A program made the translations under genes and the position numbers. Under the pieces are notes generated by a model. It saw only the letters and a list, made by a program, of their open reading frames with translations, searched no databases and was not told where the DNA came from. A stretch of DNA of 55,388 nucleotides from a virus (lineage: Duplodnaviria; Caudoviricetes): positions 1 through 55,388 of IMG/VR virus record IMGVR_UViG_3300032069_000147. One strand, 5' to 3'. Below, one piece after another: positions 37,829-46,002 of the stretch (positions within the stretch are counted from its first letter, which is position 1; each line of letters begins with the position of its first letter).

Positions 37829-38497
37829 CTATTCTTCACCTTTCTGCGGTAGCAGCGCCACCGGCCCCTGCGTCAGCTTGGCGAAGCCCTCGGCAATCGC
37901 CCGCAAAGCCGCCTTGTCCTTTACGTGCTCTCGAACTAGATGCGCCATGCCGGAGAAGAGCACCTGCGCTTCGGTCAAGGTAACAATTTCTGCCGACTGT
38001 ACCTCATGTTTCCTGATCGAGTCTATAAGCTTCCGCCGCTGCTCGATGACCCGCATGATCTCGCCCCACGTCTGCCAGTCCGCCGCCCCGCGATTGATCT
38101 TGTCGCCCAATTCGTTCAGCGTCACCGAGACCGTGGCCTTATCGCCGCCATGAAGCGCCTCCTGGAATTCCGCGAACGCCACCTGGACATTCGCCCACAA
38201 CTGCGCCGCCCCGGACTTGTCCACGCGCTCGATCAGTTCCAGAAGCCTGGCCTCCACCAAGCCGACGTCCTTCTCCAGCCTCAGCAGCTCGGGGTCCGAC
38301 ATCGCTGCGCTGAATCTCTTGCCCAAGCCTTTGGGCATGTACTTTGAGCGGAGACCATGTTTCCAAGAGTGCGAGGCTATGCCTTTCGGGTTCAAGCCGC
38401 CATGCCACTTGCAGCGCCCATTTTCTAGCGCCCAGGCTCGGCAGGGTCTTCCCTGGCGACCTTTCGCCCCGCACCTTTTTGCGACGCCGTTGGTCAT
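37829..38497 (-). CDS. Terminase small subunit-like (HGGxSTG-type N-terminus)
   Basis: CGAKGRQGRPC...NGRCKWHGG...KHGLRSKY; upstream of terL. Confidence 0.7.
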   Translation of the reverse strand: MTNGVAKRCGAKGRQGRPCRAWALENGRCKWHGGLNPKGIASHSWKHGLRSKYMPKGLGKRFSAAMSDPELLRLEKDVGLVEARLLELIERVDKSGAAQLWANVQVAFAEFQEALHGGDKATVSVTLNELGDKINRGAADWQTWGEIMRVIEQRRKLIDSIRKHEVQSAEIVTLTEAQVLFSGMAHLVREHVKDKAALRAIAEGFAKLTQGPVALLPQKGEE

Positions 38498-38594
38498 CTA
38501 TTCATGCCCATCTCACGGGCTCGTGAGCTTCGGCTCAAGGCCCATGTCCGCCATCTATTTGGCTAAGTTACTAGCATCATTAACGATAAAACCC

Positions 38595-38623
38595 TTGACT
38601 TCAACAACTTGCAGATATAGATT
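38595..38623 (+). promoter_or_regulatory. Promoter for ASCH gene, likely leaderless
   Basis: TTGACT-N17-TAGATT; 6 nt before ATG; no SD. Confidence 0.65.
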
Positions 38624-38629
38624 GAGATC

Positions 38630-38995
38630 ATGAAAACGCTCTCTATTCGGCAACCTTGGGCGACTACAATTCTGAGACTCGGCAAGGACGTCGAGAATAG
38701 ACGCTGGTCAACTCCCTTTCGCGGTCGAATTCTCATCCACGCCTCAAAACAGATTGATCTCGATGCCTGCCGACAACTCAATATTGATCCAAGTACGCTT
38801 TCGGTCAGCGCCATTCTTGGCTCCGTAGAAATCATCGACTGCATCCGTAATTCCAGCTCCTCATGGGCCGACCCAAATTCTTGGCATTGGATTCTAGCAC
38901 GCCCCGAAGAGTTCAAGAATCCAATTGCTTGCCGAGGCCGCCTGAGTCTGTGGGAATTTCCAATAGCATTGCCTCTGCAAACGGAAAGTCTCTGA
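38630..38995 (+). CDS. ASCH domain protein
   Basis: LSIRQPWA..I..GKDVENR.W....RGRILIHA...GRLSLW. Confidence 0.92.
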   Translation: MKTLSIRQPWATTILRLGKDVENRRWSTPFRGRILIHASKQIDLDACRQLNIDPSTLSVSAILGSVEIIDCIRNSSSSWADPNSWHWILARPEEFKNPIACRGRLSLWEFPIALPLQTESL

Positions 38996-39614
38996 GCCAA
39001 CGCTGCCAATCTGCCGGATGTTTATCCCTCAATTCCTGCAACGCTCCAGGATGAAAATCCAACCCTCCCTGATCTTTACGGCCCAATCCTGGCGGAATCT
39101 CAATGTCCCGTTGCCTCAGATAGTCATAGACTTGGCTCCGCCTCCAACCTCGCAACGGAAAGATGCGCTTCGTTTTGGGATCGTAACCCCGGCACGTTTT
39201 AAGGATTAAAGCCCGCGAGCAGCTGTCATTGCGGCGCCATCCATAAGCAATCCACTCAACTTTGGCATCCCGTCTGAAAATTCTCTCGATGTCTTTCATC
39301 CCAATCTTGGGCACACGAAGATTTTTGAAATGTGGCTGAAGCACATTATTGTTATAGCATCGGCAAAGATCAAAGTGAGGATACATCCGAACCTTAACGC
39401 CGGTCCTCTTCTTAACCGCTTCGGCCCAGTCTTTGACTATCTCAAGCCCTCGGACTCGAAATAAATAATATGCCTCGACTCTGCGAAATAGACGCCAGCA
39501 AAGGTCTAACGTTGCCAAGGAATCCTTTCCGAAGCTGACAGCACAGCCAATCACCTCCGTTTCTTGCCGAACAAGATTCAGTAAATTGACAGCAGAACGA
39601 AGGTGCTCATTCAT
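38913..39614 (-). CDS. PAPS-reductase-like PP-loop protein
   Basis: AVSFGKDS; YGWRRNDS..R; FPLRGW....VYDYL. Confidence 0.8.
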   Translation of the reverse strand: MNEHLRSAVNLLNLVRQETEVIGCAVSFGKDSLATLDLCWRLFRRVEAYYLFRVRGLEIVKDWAEAVKKRTGVKVRMYPHFDLCRCYNNNVLQPHFKNLRVPKIGMKDIERIFRRDAKVEWIAYGWRRNDSCSRALILKTCRGYDPKTKRIFPLRGWRRSQVYDYLRQRDIEIPPGLGRKDQGGLDFHPGALQELRDKHPADWQRWLRDFPFAEAMLLEIPTDSGGLGKQLDS

Positions 39615-40318
39615 CCGGTCATTCCGCCTTTTCCACGTTTCGCAGACTTGGCGTGAATCGGATTTCTCGCCACGAGCTCGAGTTTAATCGCCGTTGCCGC
39701 TATGTAACGCTCGTCTATTGGTAACTTTAGCTCCCGAAGCAGTTTCTCTTTTGCAAGCCGATTTGCAAATACAATTACCAGGTACTTCTCGCTGTCCATC
39801 TTTTCACTTAGCGCCCGATTTTGCTCTCGACGTCCGGCTTTCATCTCGGCTAGTTGGTTCGCATTGCGCTGGACCGATTCTGGAATCTGATTCAAACTCA
39901 GACTGTCAGCTTCCGCCAAGAGCGTTAGTTCTGCCTTCTGGAACCACGGCGCCGTTTTCTTTGCTGGAATTGCCATCAAGGCTTCTACCGCCCATTCGGA
40001 AAGTTCCCCGGTACGATTATCAGCAATGGCCAGCGCCAGCTTTTGCTCCTCGGTAAGACCGCGGCGGCGCACGGCTATCAATTCCTTCCCATCCGCCTCA
40101 ATCACGCGCACGCCTTTCATGCCGATGTTGCCGGCGCCTTCGACCACCCCGTGGCCGGCCAAAATCTTGTTGTTCTCATCGATTACAATCGACCGTGCCG
40201 CGCCGACCGTCTTAAGTGACTTTTCAATCAGTGCAATGCTGCGCTCCCCGTGCCTCCGGAGGTTCGCCGGATCGGGTGTCAAATCCTTGATGTAGATCGG
40301 GTCTTTATTGGGTTTCAT
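39611..40318 (-). CDS. ParB/Srx-like N-terminal domain protein
   Basis: DLTPDPANLRRH...SIVIDENNKILAGHG...IADNRTGELSEW. Confidence 0.8.
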   Translation of the reverse strand: MKPNKDPIYIKDLTPDPANLRRHGERSIALIEKSLKTVGAARSIVIDENNKILAGHGVVEGAGNIGMKGVRVIEADGKELIAVRRRGLTEEQKLALAIADNRTGELSEWAVEALMAIPAKKTAPWFQKAELTLLAEADSLSLNQIPESVQRNANQLAEMKAGRREQNRALSEKMDSEKYLVIVFANRLAKEKLLRELKLPIDERYIAATAIKLELVARNPIHAKSAKRGKGGMTG

Positions 40319-40505
40319 GGTTGGCTCCCTATCATCTCGGCGTGGGGATGGATTCAAAGCCCGGTAGCTCCTGACCGCCCGCCGAGTCTGACATTCCGCT
40401 TTGTCGGGAGTCAAATCCGCCAGAGTGTGAATCTCGCGCGCTTTCGGCTTAGCTGGTTGTTTGCTCATCCTCTGCCGCCTAGTCGATCAAAATCGGAAAG
40501 CCATC

Positions 40506-40739
40506 TTACGCGCGCCCGCCCGTCCTGCTGCGGTCATTTTCGTCAACCTCCGTCACCTTCATCCGTTCTCGATACTTCTCGAACGCCGCCTCGGCCTCAG
40601 CCCAGTCTAGGGTAAGGGTGCGGTGAACGTAGCCGGCGGCATCCTTGTAGCGTACCAGTTGCTTGCCGCGATATGTCGTCCACTCAAGCGTCAGCTTCTT
40701 GATTGCGTCCGTATGCGGCAACAAACTTTCCTGCCTCAT
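40506..40739 (-). CDS. Hypothetical protein
   Basis: GGAGG RBS. Confidence 0.5.
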   Translation of the reverse strand: MRQESLLPHTDAIKKLTLEWTTYRGKQLVRYKDAAGYVHRTLTLDWAEAEAAFEKYRERMKVTEVDENDRSRTGGRA

Positions 40740-40776
40740 CGCGCCTCCTGCCGTGCCTCACACTCATCTCGTTTGC

Positions 40777-41247
40777 TCATATCTGCTTTCCGCCCCTTTC
40801 CTTCCCTTCGCCGCGCTTCCCAAAGCCGAAGGCCCGCAGCGCCTTTCCGCCGGCCCGCAGCCTCCGCAGCACATCCTGCTTCGCCGCCGGGTCCATCACG
40901 GCTAGCGTCTCCAAGAGGCGCATGCATTCGTCGTGCGTGAGCTTCCCCTTGACTTCGTTTCCTCGCTCGGACACGATGCGCAGATTCTCAAACCAGAAAC
41001 TTCCGCCGCGCGAGACCGGCACATCATGGTCCGCCGAGAAATTTCGCACGGTAATCAGTTCGCCCGCGTAGGGACAGCGCTCGCCCAGTTTGAGCATTAT
41101 GCCGTCGCGCAGTCCTTGCAAACTATAATCCAGCTCGCAGCCAGACCGCGCCGCCAATTCCCGCTGGTGACGATAGATGTTCGCGCTGCGGCTCATCAGT
41201 ATCCGCTGCCGGCAATGCTCAAGCGTCTCTCCGGGCTTCCGTTTCAT
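40777..41247 (-). CDS. HNH endonuclease
   Basis: CPYAG...SADHDVPVSRGG....NLRIV...GNEVKG. Confidence 0.8.
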   Translation of the reverse strand: MKRKPGETLEHCRQRILMSRSANIYRHQRELAARSGCELDYSLQGLRDGIMLKLGERCPYAGELITVRNFSADHDVPVSRGGSFWFENLRIVSERGNEVKGKLTHDECMRLLETLAVMDPAAKQDVLRRLRAGGKALRAFGFGKRGEGKERGGKQI

Positions 41248-41275
41248 GCTTTAACCTCCGCAGCACTACGCGAAC

Positions 41276-41457
41276 AATCGGGAGCGGCACGCTTGCAATG
41301 GTTTTCAGTTCGCGGGTGGCCGCTCCCGATTTCTACAAGAGCGCAGGCGGCATCCTTGTAGTGGTGTTCAAATGGGAAGTGGCCGCCTGCGCCCCCTCCT
41401 TGAATGAGATGGTCGGCGCACAGGTTTTGGTTTTCAGTACGTAAATGGCCGACCATC
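41276..41457 (-). ncRNA. TIGR-like stem-loop guide array, distal block (3 units)
   Basis: Units 41408-41457, 41341-41392, 41276-41331; each stem-CCA-N9-TGAA(A/C)ACCA-N9-(T/C)G-stem. Confidence 0.88.
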
Positions 41458-41465
41458 CCCCTGCT

Positions 41466-41948
41466 TCAGGCCGCCGCTTTCCTGGCTTCCTGATAGGCGG
41501 CCAGAATCTCGCGCCGAAGTTCCCGCCATTCCATCCCCAACAGATTCAGCCGCCGCGAATCCGCCGTGACCCGCGCCTTCAGCCGCGCCAAGACGAACTC
41601 CTTCGCCTCGGCGTCGCAGGAATCGACGAATCCGAACGTCCCGTACTCATCGATTACCCGGATAGTAGCCAGTCTGATCGGCTTGCCATCCTTGCCCCGA
41701 TGCATGTGTATACAGTAGCTGTAAAGGAAGCGGCGATAGACCTCATAGACTCCCGCATCCCAAACCTGCTCGTCCGTGTAGAGCGCGCGGATGCGCCCTC
41801 CGTTCTGCCCCTCATCCCAGTCCCGGAGCGACGCGACGCTGGGCTCGACTTCGTTCTTCTTGCACCATTCGCACCAAGCCAGATAATACACCTCGCCTTC
41901 TGAGATTTTCTTCTGCTTCTTTTTCTCGACCGTTGCCGTGGTATCCAT
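41466..41948 (-). CDS. Unknown 160-aa protein embedded in the guide array
   Basis: GAGGAGG RBS; MDTTATVEK...; bracketed by array units. Confidence 0.75.
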   Translation of the reverse strand: MDTTATVEKKKQKKISEGEVYYLAWCEWCKKNEVEPSVASLRDWDEGQNGGRIRALYTDEQVWDAGVYEVYRRFLYSYCIHMHRGKDGKPIRLATIRVIDEYGTFGFVDSCDAEAKEFVLARLKARVTADSRRLNLLGMEWRELRREILAAYQEARKAAA

Positions 41949-41975
41949 CTTCTTCTCCTCCTCGATTTGGAATTT

Positions 41976-42478
41976 GCAGGCGGCTCGCAGTTCCACGCTG
42001 GATTTCACTGCTACCTTGGCAAGCCGCCTGCGCTTGCGAAGACGCCAGCCAGCCTTTGGATTTCACAAAATAGCTGGGCGTCTTCGCGTTCGATCTTCGG
42101 GCTGGCCCACACAAAAGTAGTGGATTCCAGCCTTACATTGGTAAGCCAGCCCATGGGCGCTGGCTTCAGCAAGTCGGTCAATGGTTTTCACCGCGACAAT
42201 GCCTGAAGCCTCGCATCTTTCTTTCACGGCGCGACGCGGCAACGGTATCCTGGTTTTCACACTTCGTTTGGCCGCAATCGCGCCCCCGAAACTATGCATC
42301 GGCACTGACCTGCTGGTTTTCAGCCGACTTACGGCCGCATGCATAGCTTGCTCTTGCCTGCGAGGGAGCCGGCACGACGTCCGTGGATTACAGCGCCGTG
42401 GTGGCCGCCTCCCCCGCAGGCGCCGTTCCGAGGTCGGCAGCTTCGAAGTGGTTTTCAAGTTTCCCTTGGCCGACCTCG
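41976..42478 (-). ncRNA. TIGR-like stem-loop guide array, proximal block (8 units)
   Basis: Loop repeats (+ strand TGG(T/A)TT(T/C/A)CA) at 41999, 42057, 42121, 42182, 42251, 42314, 42384, 42449; each flanked by 9-nt spacers and unique complementary stems. Confidence 0.9.
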
Positions 42479-43482
42479 AATTTCTTCCCATTACCTGACA
42501 CCCAGATTCTTTTCAGGATTTCCTTCATCATCTTCCGCCGCGCCCGCGCCCCGCAGTGCCCCTGCTTTGTCTTGCAGTTGGGGCATTTCGCGTCGTGCGC
42601 CGCGAATTCCTTGGCGTATTCCACCTCATAAAACTGCCGCCACGGATTCGCCCGATTCCTGATAATGGCCGTTCCGGCCAGATAAACCGCCGTGCGCATG
42701 GCCGGCGACCAATGCGACGCCACGCCCCGCGTCCGCTTCGGCGCTTTGCCATTCTCCACCGACTGGCCGCAGAATCGCCAGAATGCCGCCACGCTCGGGA
42801 ACCTCTCGAAGCCCCCGGAGAAGGCCACGAACGTCGCCGCAGAAATCCACTCCTGGACGTGCAGAATCCTCCGCGCCATTTCGCATTCGGGAATCTTCGC
42901 CGCCAACTTCGCGATGTAGGTGTCAAGCTGCGTGCCCTCTTCTGAGACCACTGACGTGCGAATCTCCCCCAGTTTTTCTAGCGCCTGCTTGAACATCGGC
43001 TCAGCCTTCATTGAATCCTCATCGGCCAAACCCATGTTCCGAGCTTCCTGCTTCACCGCCCGCAGCGCATCTCCGTAGAAATGAACGACGGCGCCGCGAA
43101 GCGAGAGAGCGTGCCGCAACTGAGCGATGTCCGGCCGGGGCTGAAACTCACGGAAAATTCCATCCGGCAATTTCGCCCACGCCGCAACGATCTCTTGCGG
43201 CGGAAGATTCTTCTCGATTCCCGTCTGGTGCCAATGCGTATAAAGCAGCTTCACGCCTCGCTCCGCCAATGCGAACAAGAGACTGTCCGTGGCGCGCACC
43301 GCCGTTAGACGCACAATGTCTCCCGTCTTCAGTGATCTAACGAAGTCGTTCAGCTTTGCCCCGGTTAGGCGCTCAACGCCCTCGCCGTGCGAGACATAAG
43401 CCGTAGGTGTTCGTCTGCCATCGGTCTTCTCGTAGCAGACATGTAGAGCAATGATTTTTTCTCGGTTGAATTTTACTGACAT
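42388..43482 (-). CDS. Tas-like (IS110/Nop-domain) RNA-guided protein with degenerate RuvC-like N-terminus
   Basis: ERFPSVAAFWRFCG...GKAPKRTRG...WSPAMRT...NPWRQFY...ARARRKMMKEILKRIW; adjacent to dual-spacer array. Confidence 0.82.
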   Translation of the reverse strand: MSVKFNREKIIALHVCYEKTDGRRTPTAYVSHGEGVERLTGAKLNDFVRSLKTGDIVRLTAVRATDSLLFALAERGVKLLYTHWHQTGIEKNLPPQEIVAAWAKLPDGIFREFQPRPDIAQLRHALSLRGAVVHFYGDALRAVKQEARNMGLADEDSMKAEPMFKQALEKLGEIRTSVVSEEGTQLDTYIAKLAAKIPECEMARRILHVQEWISAATFVAFSGGFERFPSVAAFWRFCGQSVENGKAPKRTRGVASHWSPAMRTAVYLAGTAIIRNRANPWRQFYEVEYAKEFAAHDAKCPNCKTKQGHCGARARRKMMKEILKRIWVSGNGKKFEVGQGKLENHFEAADLGTAPAGEAATTAL

Positions 43483-43500
43483 CTCCTCTCCTTTTTCGGA

Positions 43501-43953
43501 TTATCGCTTCTCCTTCACACTCCATTTGGGCTCAGGCCCAGCTTTTCGGTGGCACTCGGCGCACAGAGTCGCCAGATTCCGGACTTTCTTGCCGTCTATC
43601 ATAATCCAGATGCGGTCATCTCTCCGTCCCCCGCTCATGCCTCTCCCACGCACGTGGTGAATCTCGGCCTCGTTCGCCAGGCCTTTTCCTGGCGGGCTCA
43701 GGAATTTTCCGCAACTATCGCAGCATCCGCCGTCAAGCAGAAAGACATCCATCTTCCGTTCCCGCCATGCCGCGCCGCTGAGCGCTTCCCGGCCGTCACG
43801 ATAGACGACCCGCAGGCGCTTCTTAGCTCGTTTAAGCTTTGGCGGCTGGGAATCGCGGTCAATCGTCTCGCAGGCGCGAAGGCGACAAACCCAAGCGCGC
43901 TTTGACGGCAGCCAGCGGAGCGTGCGGTTGTGACTCGGACATCGAGGTTTCAT
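43501..43953 (-). CDS. HNH endonuclease
   Basis: CDSCG...EIHHVRGRGMSGG...NLATLCAECH. Confidence 0.8.
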   Translation of the reverse strand: MKPRCPSHNRTLRWLPSKRAWVCRLRACETIDRDSQPPKLKRAKKRLRVVYRDGREALSGAAWRERKMDVFLLDGGCCDSCGKFLSPPGKGLANEAEIHHVRGRGMSGGRRDDRIWIMIDGKKVRNLATLCAECHRKAGPEPKWSVKEKR

Positions 43954-44531
43954 CGTTGCACCTCGCACGCCGACTCTAACGCCGTCAGCGCACTATCATC
44001 GTATCGCAGATCAAAATCAGCGAAGATGGCCTCCAGTGCAACCGTCTTGCTATCCGTCTGATTCAGCCGCTTCGCCTTCTCGATGCACCGCTCGATGACC
44101 GGGACGAACGAACGCGGCACAGTGAAGAACACCTGGACATTGCCTTCCAATAGCAGGCCGGGAACGCGCTCTGATACCGTGTGCTCGAACGTGCGCTCCG
44201 TCTGCGAATTCGCCGCATGAAGCAGTTCCTTCCGCCTCGATGTCGGAACCTTGCTAAGCACAATCGCGTTCGCCAGCGTCAGGGATTCAATCTCCGTCTC
44301 GTCCATCCCGCCGGCGCATAACTCCTCAATCGCGTGCATCCCGGCATAGGCCGTAGACCGGCTGCGCCCGAATTTTGCCTCCACCCAGTCGCCGAAGCGC
44401 TCGTAGCCGAGTTCCTTATAAAATCGTTGCTGCCGGCATTCCTGGCAGAGCTTCGCCACGCGAATCCAGGCCCGCCCAATTATCCGAGCAAGTTCGTCCG
44501 CTTCCTTGTCAAGCTGCTGTGCTCGGGTCAT
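43950..44531 (-). CDS. Putative DNA-binding protein
   Basis: FYKELGYERFGDWVEAKFGRSRSTAY, a common phage motif. Confidence 0.6.
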   Translation of the reverse strand: MTRAQQLDKEADELARIIGRAWIRVAKLCQECRQQRFYKELGYERFGDWVEAKFGRSRSTAYAGMHAIEELCAGGMDETEIESLTLANAIVLSKVPTSRRKELLHAANSQTERTFEHTVSERVPGLLLEGNVQVFFTVPRSFVPVIERCIEKAKRLNQTDSKTVALEAIFADFDLRYDDSALTALESACEVQR

Positions 44532-44837
44532 TTATTCCTCCTTCGCCTGCGTTTGGCTTAATTGGCGCCGACACTCGGCAAGGCAGTTCACGGCGTCGGC
44601 TAACTCCGAGCGGAGAGCATTGACGTCCAGTTCAAAGCTTTCCGCTCGCGCCTTCTCTCCATCCGCCAGCGCCTTGAAATGGTCGCGCTCGGCCTTGAGA
44701 GAGGCGATTTCCTTGTCCATCGCCTCATGACGGATGCGCTCAATCTCGCAGATGAGACAACCATGCACCTCATCTTCCTTGATCGCGCCTGCGAGGGGAA
44801 TGTCGCGCAGACATGCTCGCGGATGTCCACACGCCAT
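44532..44837 (-). CDS. Coiled-coil hypothetical protein
   Basis: MACGHPRAC...CLIC followed by heptads. Confidence 0.55.
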   Translation of the reverse strand: MACGHPRACLRDIPLAGAIKEDEVHGCLICEIERIRHEAMDKEIASLKAERDHFKALADGEKARAESFELDVNALRSELADAVNCLAECRRQLSQTQAKEE

Positions 44838-45052
44838 CGGCTCGCGCAGGCGGGCTAATGTCTCATCACTTCATTTTAACTTATCCCTCCGTAGCCTGCA
44901 TCCCTCTAAACCCAGAGGAAGGCGTTTGCCGCACGCGCGGCAGAACCAACCGATGCGAGGCCAATCGAATCTGGCCTTGTGGCCGAATAGCCAGCAGAAC
45001 AATCGCAGCATCGCATTCCTCCTCGGCGGCGCATTCTGTTGTTCATCGCGCC

Positions 45053-45250
45053 TTATCCGTCGTCCTCGGAAACGTAGAAATCAAGACTTCGATCCACTTT
45101 CTCCAGCGCATCCGCAATCGCGTTCTCGATGGTCCCACGAACGCCGTCCGTGGCTGGCAGCAGATCGTTAACGATGGATTCGTCCATGTCTGCGGGCCGG
45201 AAAATCTCGACCCTGAACGTTCTCAGAAGCGCTTGTTTCCTACGGCTCAT
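45053..45250 (-). CDS. Hypothetical protein
   Basis: GGGAGG RBS before MSRRKQ. Confidence 0.5.
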   Translation of the reverse strand: MSRRKQALLRTFRVEIFRPADMDESIVNDLLPATDGVRGTIENAIADALEKVDRSLDFYVSEDDG

Positions 45251-45462
45251 CGCGCCTCCCTTTGTCGGGACTCGGAACTCGCGGCTCGGCATTCGAGAAA
45301 ACTCGAGAGCCGCACAATCGCCGTCGATCCGCACGCCGGACATTCACCGTTTTTCGCACGCGTGATGTTGTCGCAGTCTCCGCAGTAAATCGCCGCCGCC
45401 AGAGGAATAATCTCCACAGGCTGCCAGGGGCGTTGCGGTAACGAGTTGTAGGGTTCAGCCAT
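45247..45462 (-). CDS. Small Zn-ribbon protein
   Basis: CGDCD...CPACGS. Confidence 0.6.
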   Translation of the reverse strand: MAEPYNSLPQRPWQPVEIIPLAAAIYCGDCDNITRAKNGECPACGSTAIVRLSSFLECRAASSESRQREAR

Positions 45463-45477
45463 TTCGATCCCCCCGCT

Positions 45478-46002
45478 TTAGCCAGGGGTTATTGACCGCG
45501 TCATGCGCTCCGGATGACTTGATGCTATAACCAGATTCCCGCGAAAGCTCCTAGCTTTATAGCTTCTAAAATGCGTGCCGTCTCGGTTGTTTCTGTCATT
45601 GTAGACGATCCAACTTGAGGAATACTCCAGGCGGAAAACTTCCAGATCAAGCAGCGACCATTGTAAAAGTACAGGTGGCTGCTGGCCTCCAAAACCATAG
45701 AAAAACCAATCGCCAAATCCCTGAATGATTTTCGCCAATTCAGTAGGCGAACCCGACTCACGCTCGCTGCGAATGGTAAATTCATACCGATAGGGATAGT
45801 CAGGAGGGTGCGCCACATAGTACTCTGGGCGACGAATCCGCACCGCTATTTTCATGTCTCGGGCTATAAGTATCAGCAGATCCGTGTTCTCCAAAACATC
45901 CATTTCAAAAGGCGCCGGCTCTAGCAGGCGCGGGCCGACAATCCGCTTGACCTCTGGAATGTAAAGATCAGACCACCGCTTGTCGTCTTGCCAAGTAATC
46001 AT
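45478..46002 (-). CDS. Hypothetical protein coupled to MT-A70, possible nuclease fold
   Basis: ATGA overlap with MTase; D....TDL....IAVRIRR; lower GC. Confidence 0.6.
   Translation of the reverse strand: MITWQDDKRWSDLYIPEVKRIVGPRLLEPAPFEMDVLENTDLLILIARDMKIAVRIRRPEYYVAHPPDYPYRYEFTIRSERESGSPTELAKIIQGFGDWFFYGFGGQQPPVLLQWSLLDLEVFRLEYSSSWIVYNDRNNRDGTHFRSYKARSFRGNLVIASSHPERMTRSITPG

Noticed and set aside
41276-42478. CRISPR array
   Set aside because: The conserved parts are only 2-9 nt, the spacers are paired 9-mers and there is no cas operon
42388-43482. Ordinary IS110 transposon
   Set aside because: No DEDD or catalytic SG motifs are evident, and it is followed by a multi-unit dual-spacer array rather than IS ends
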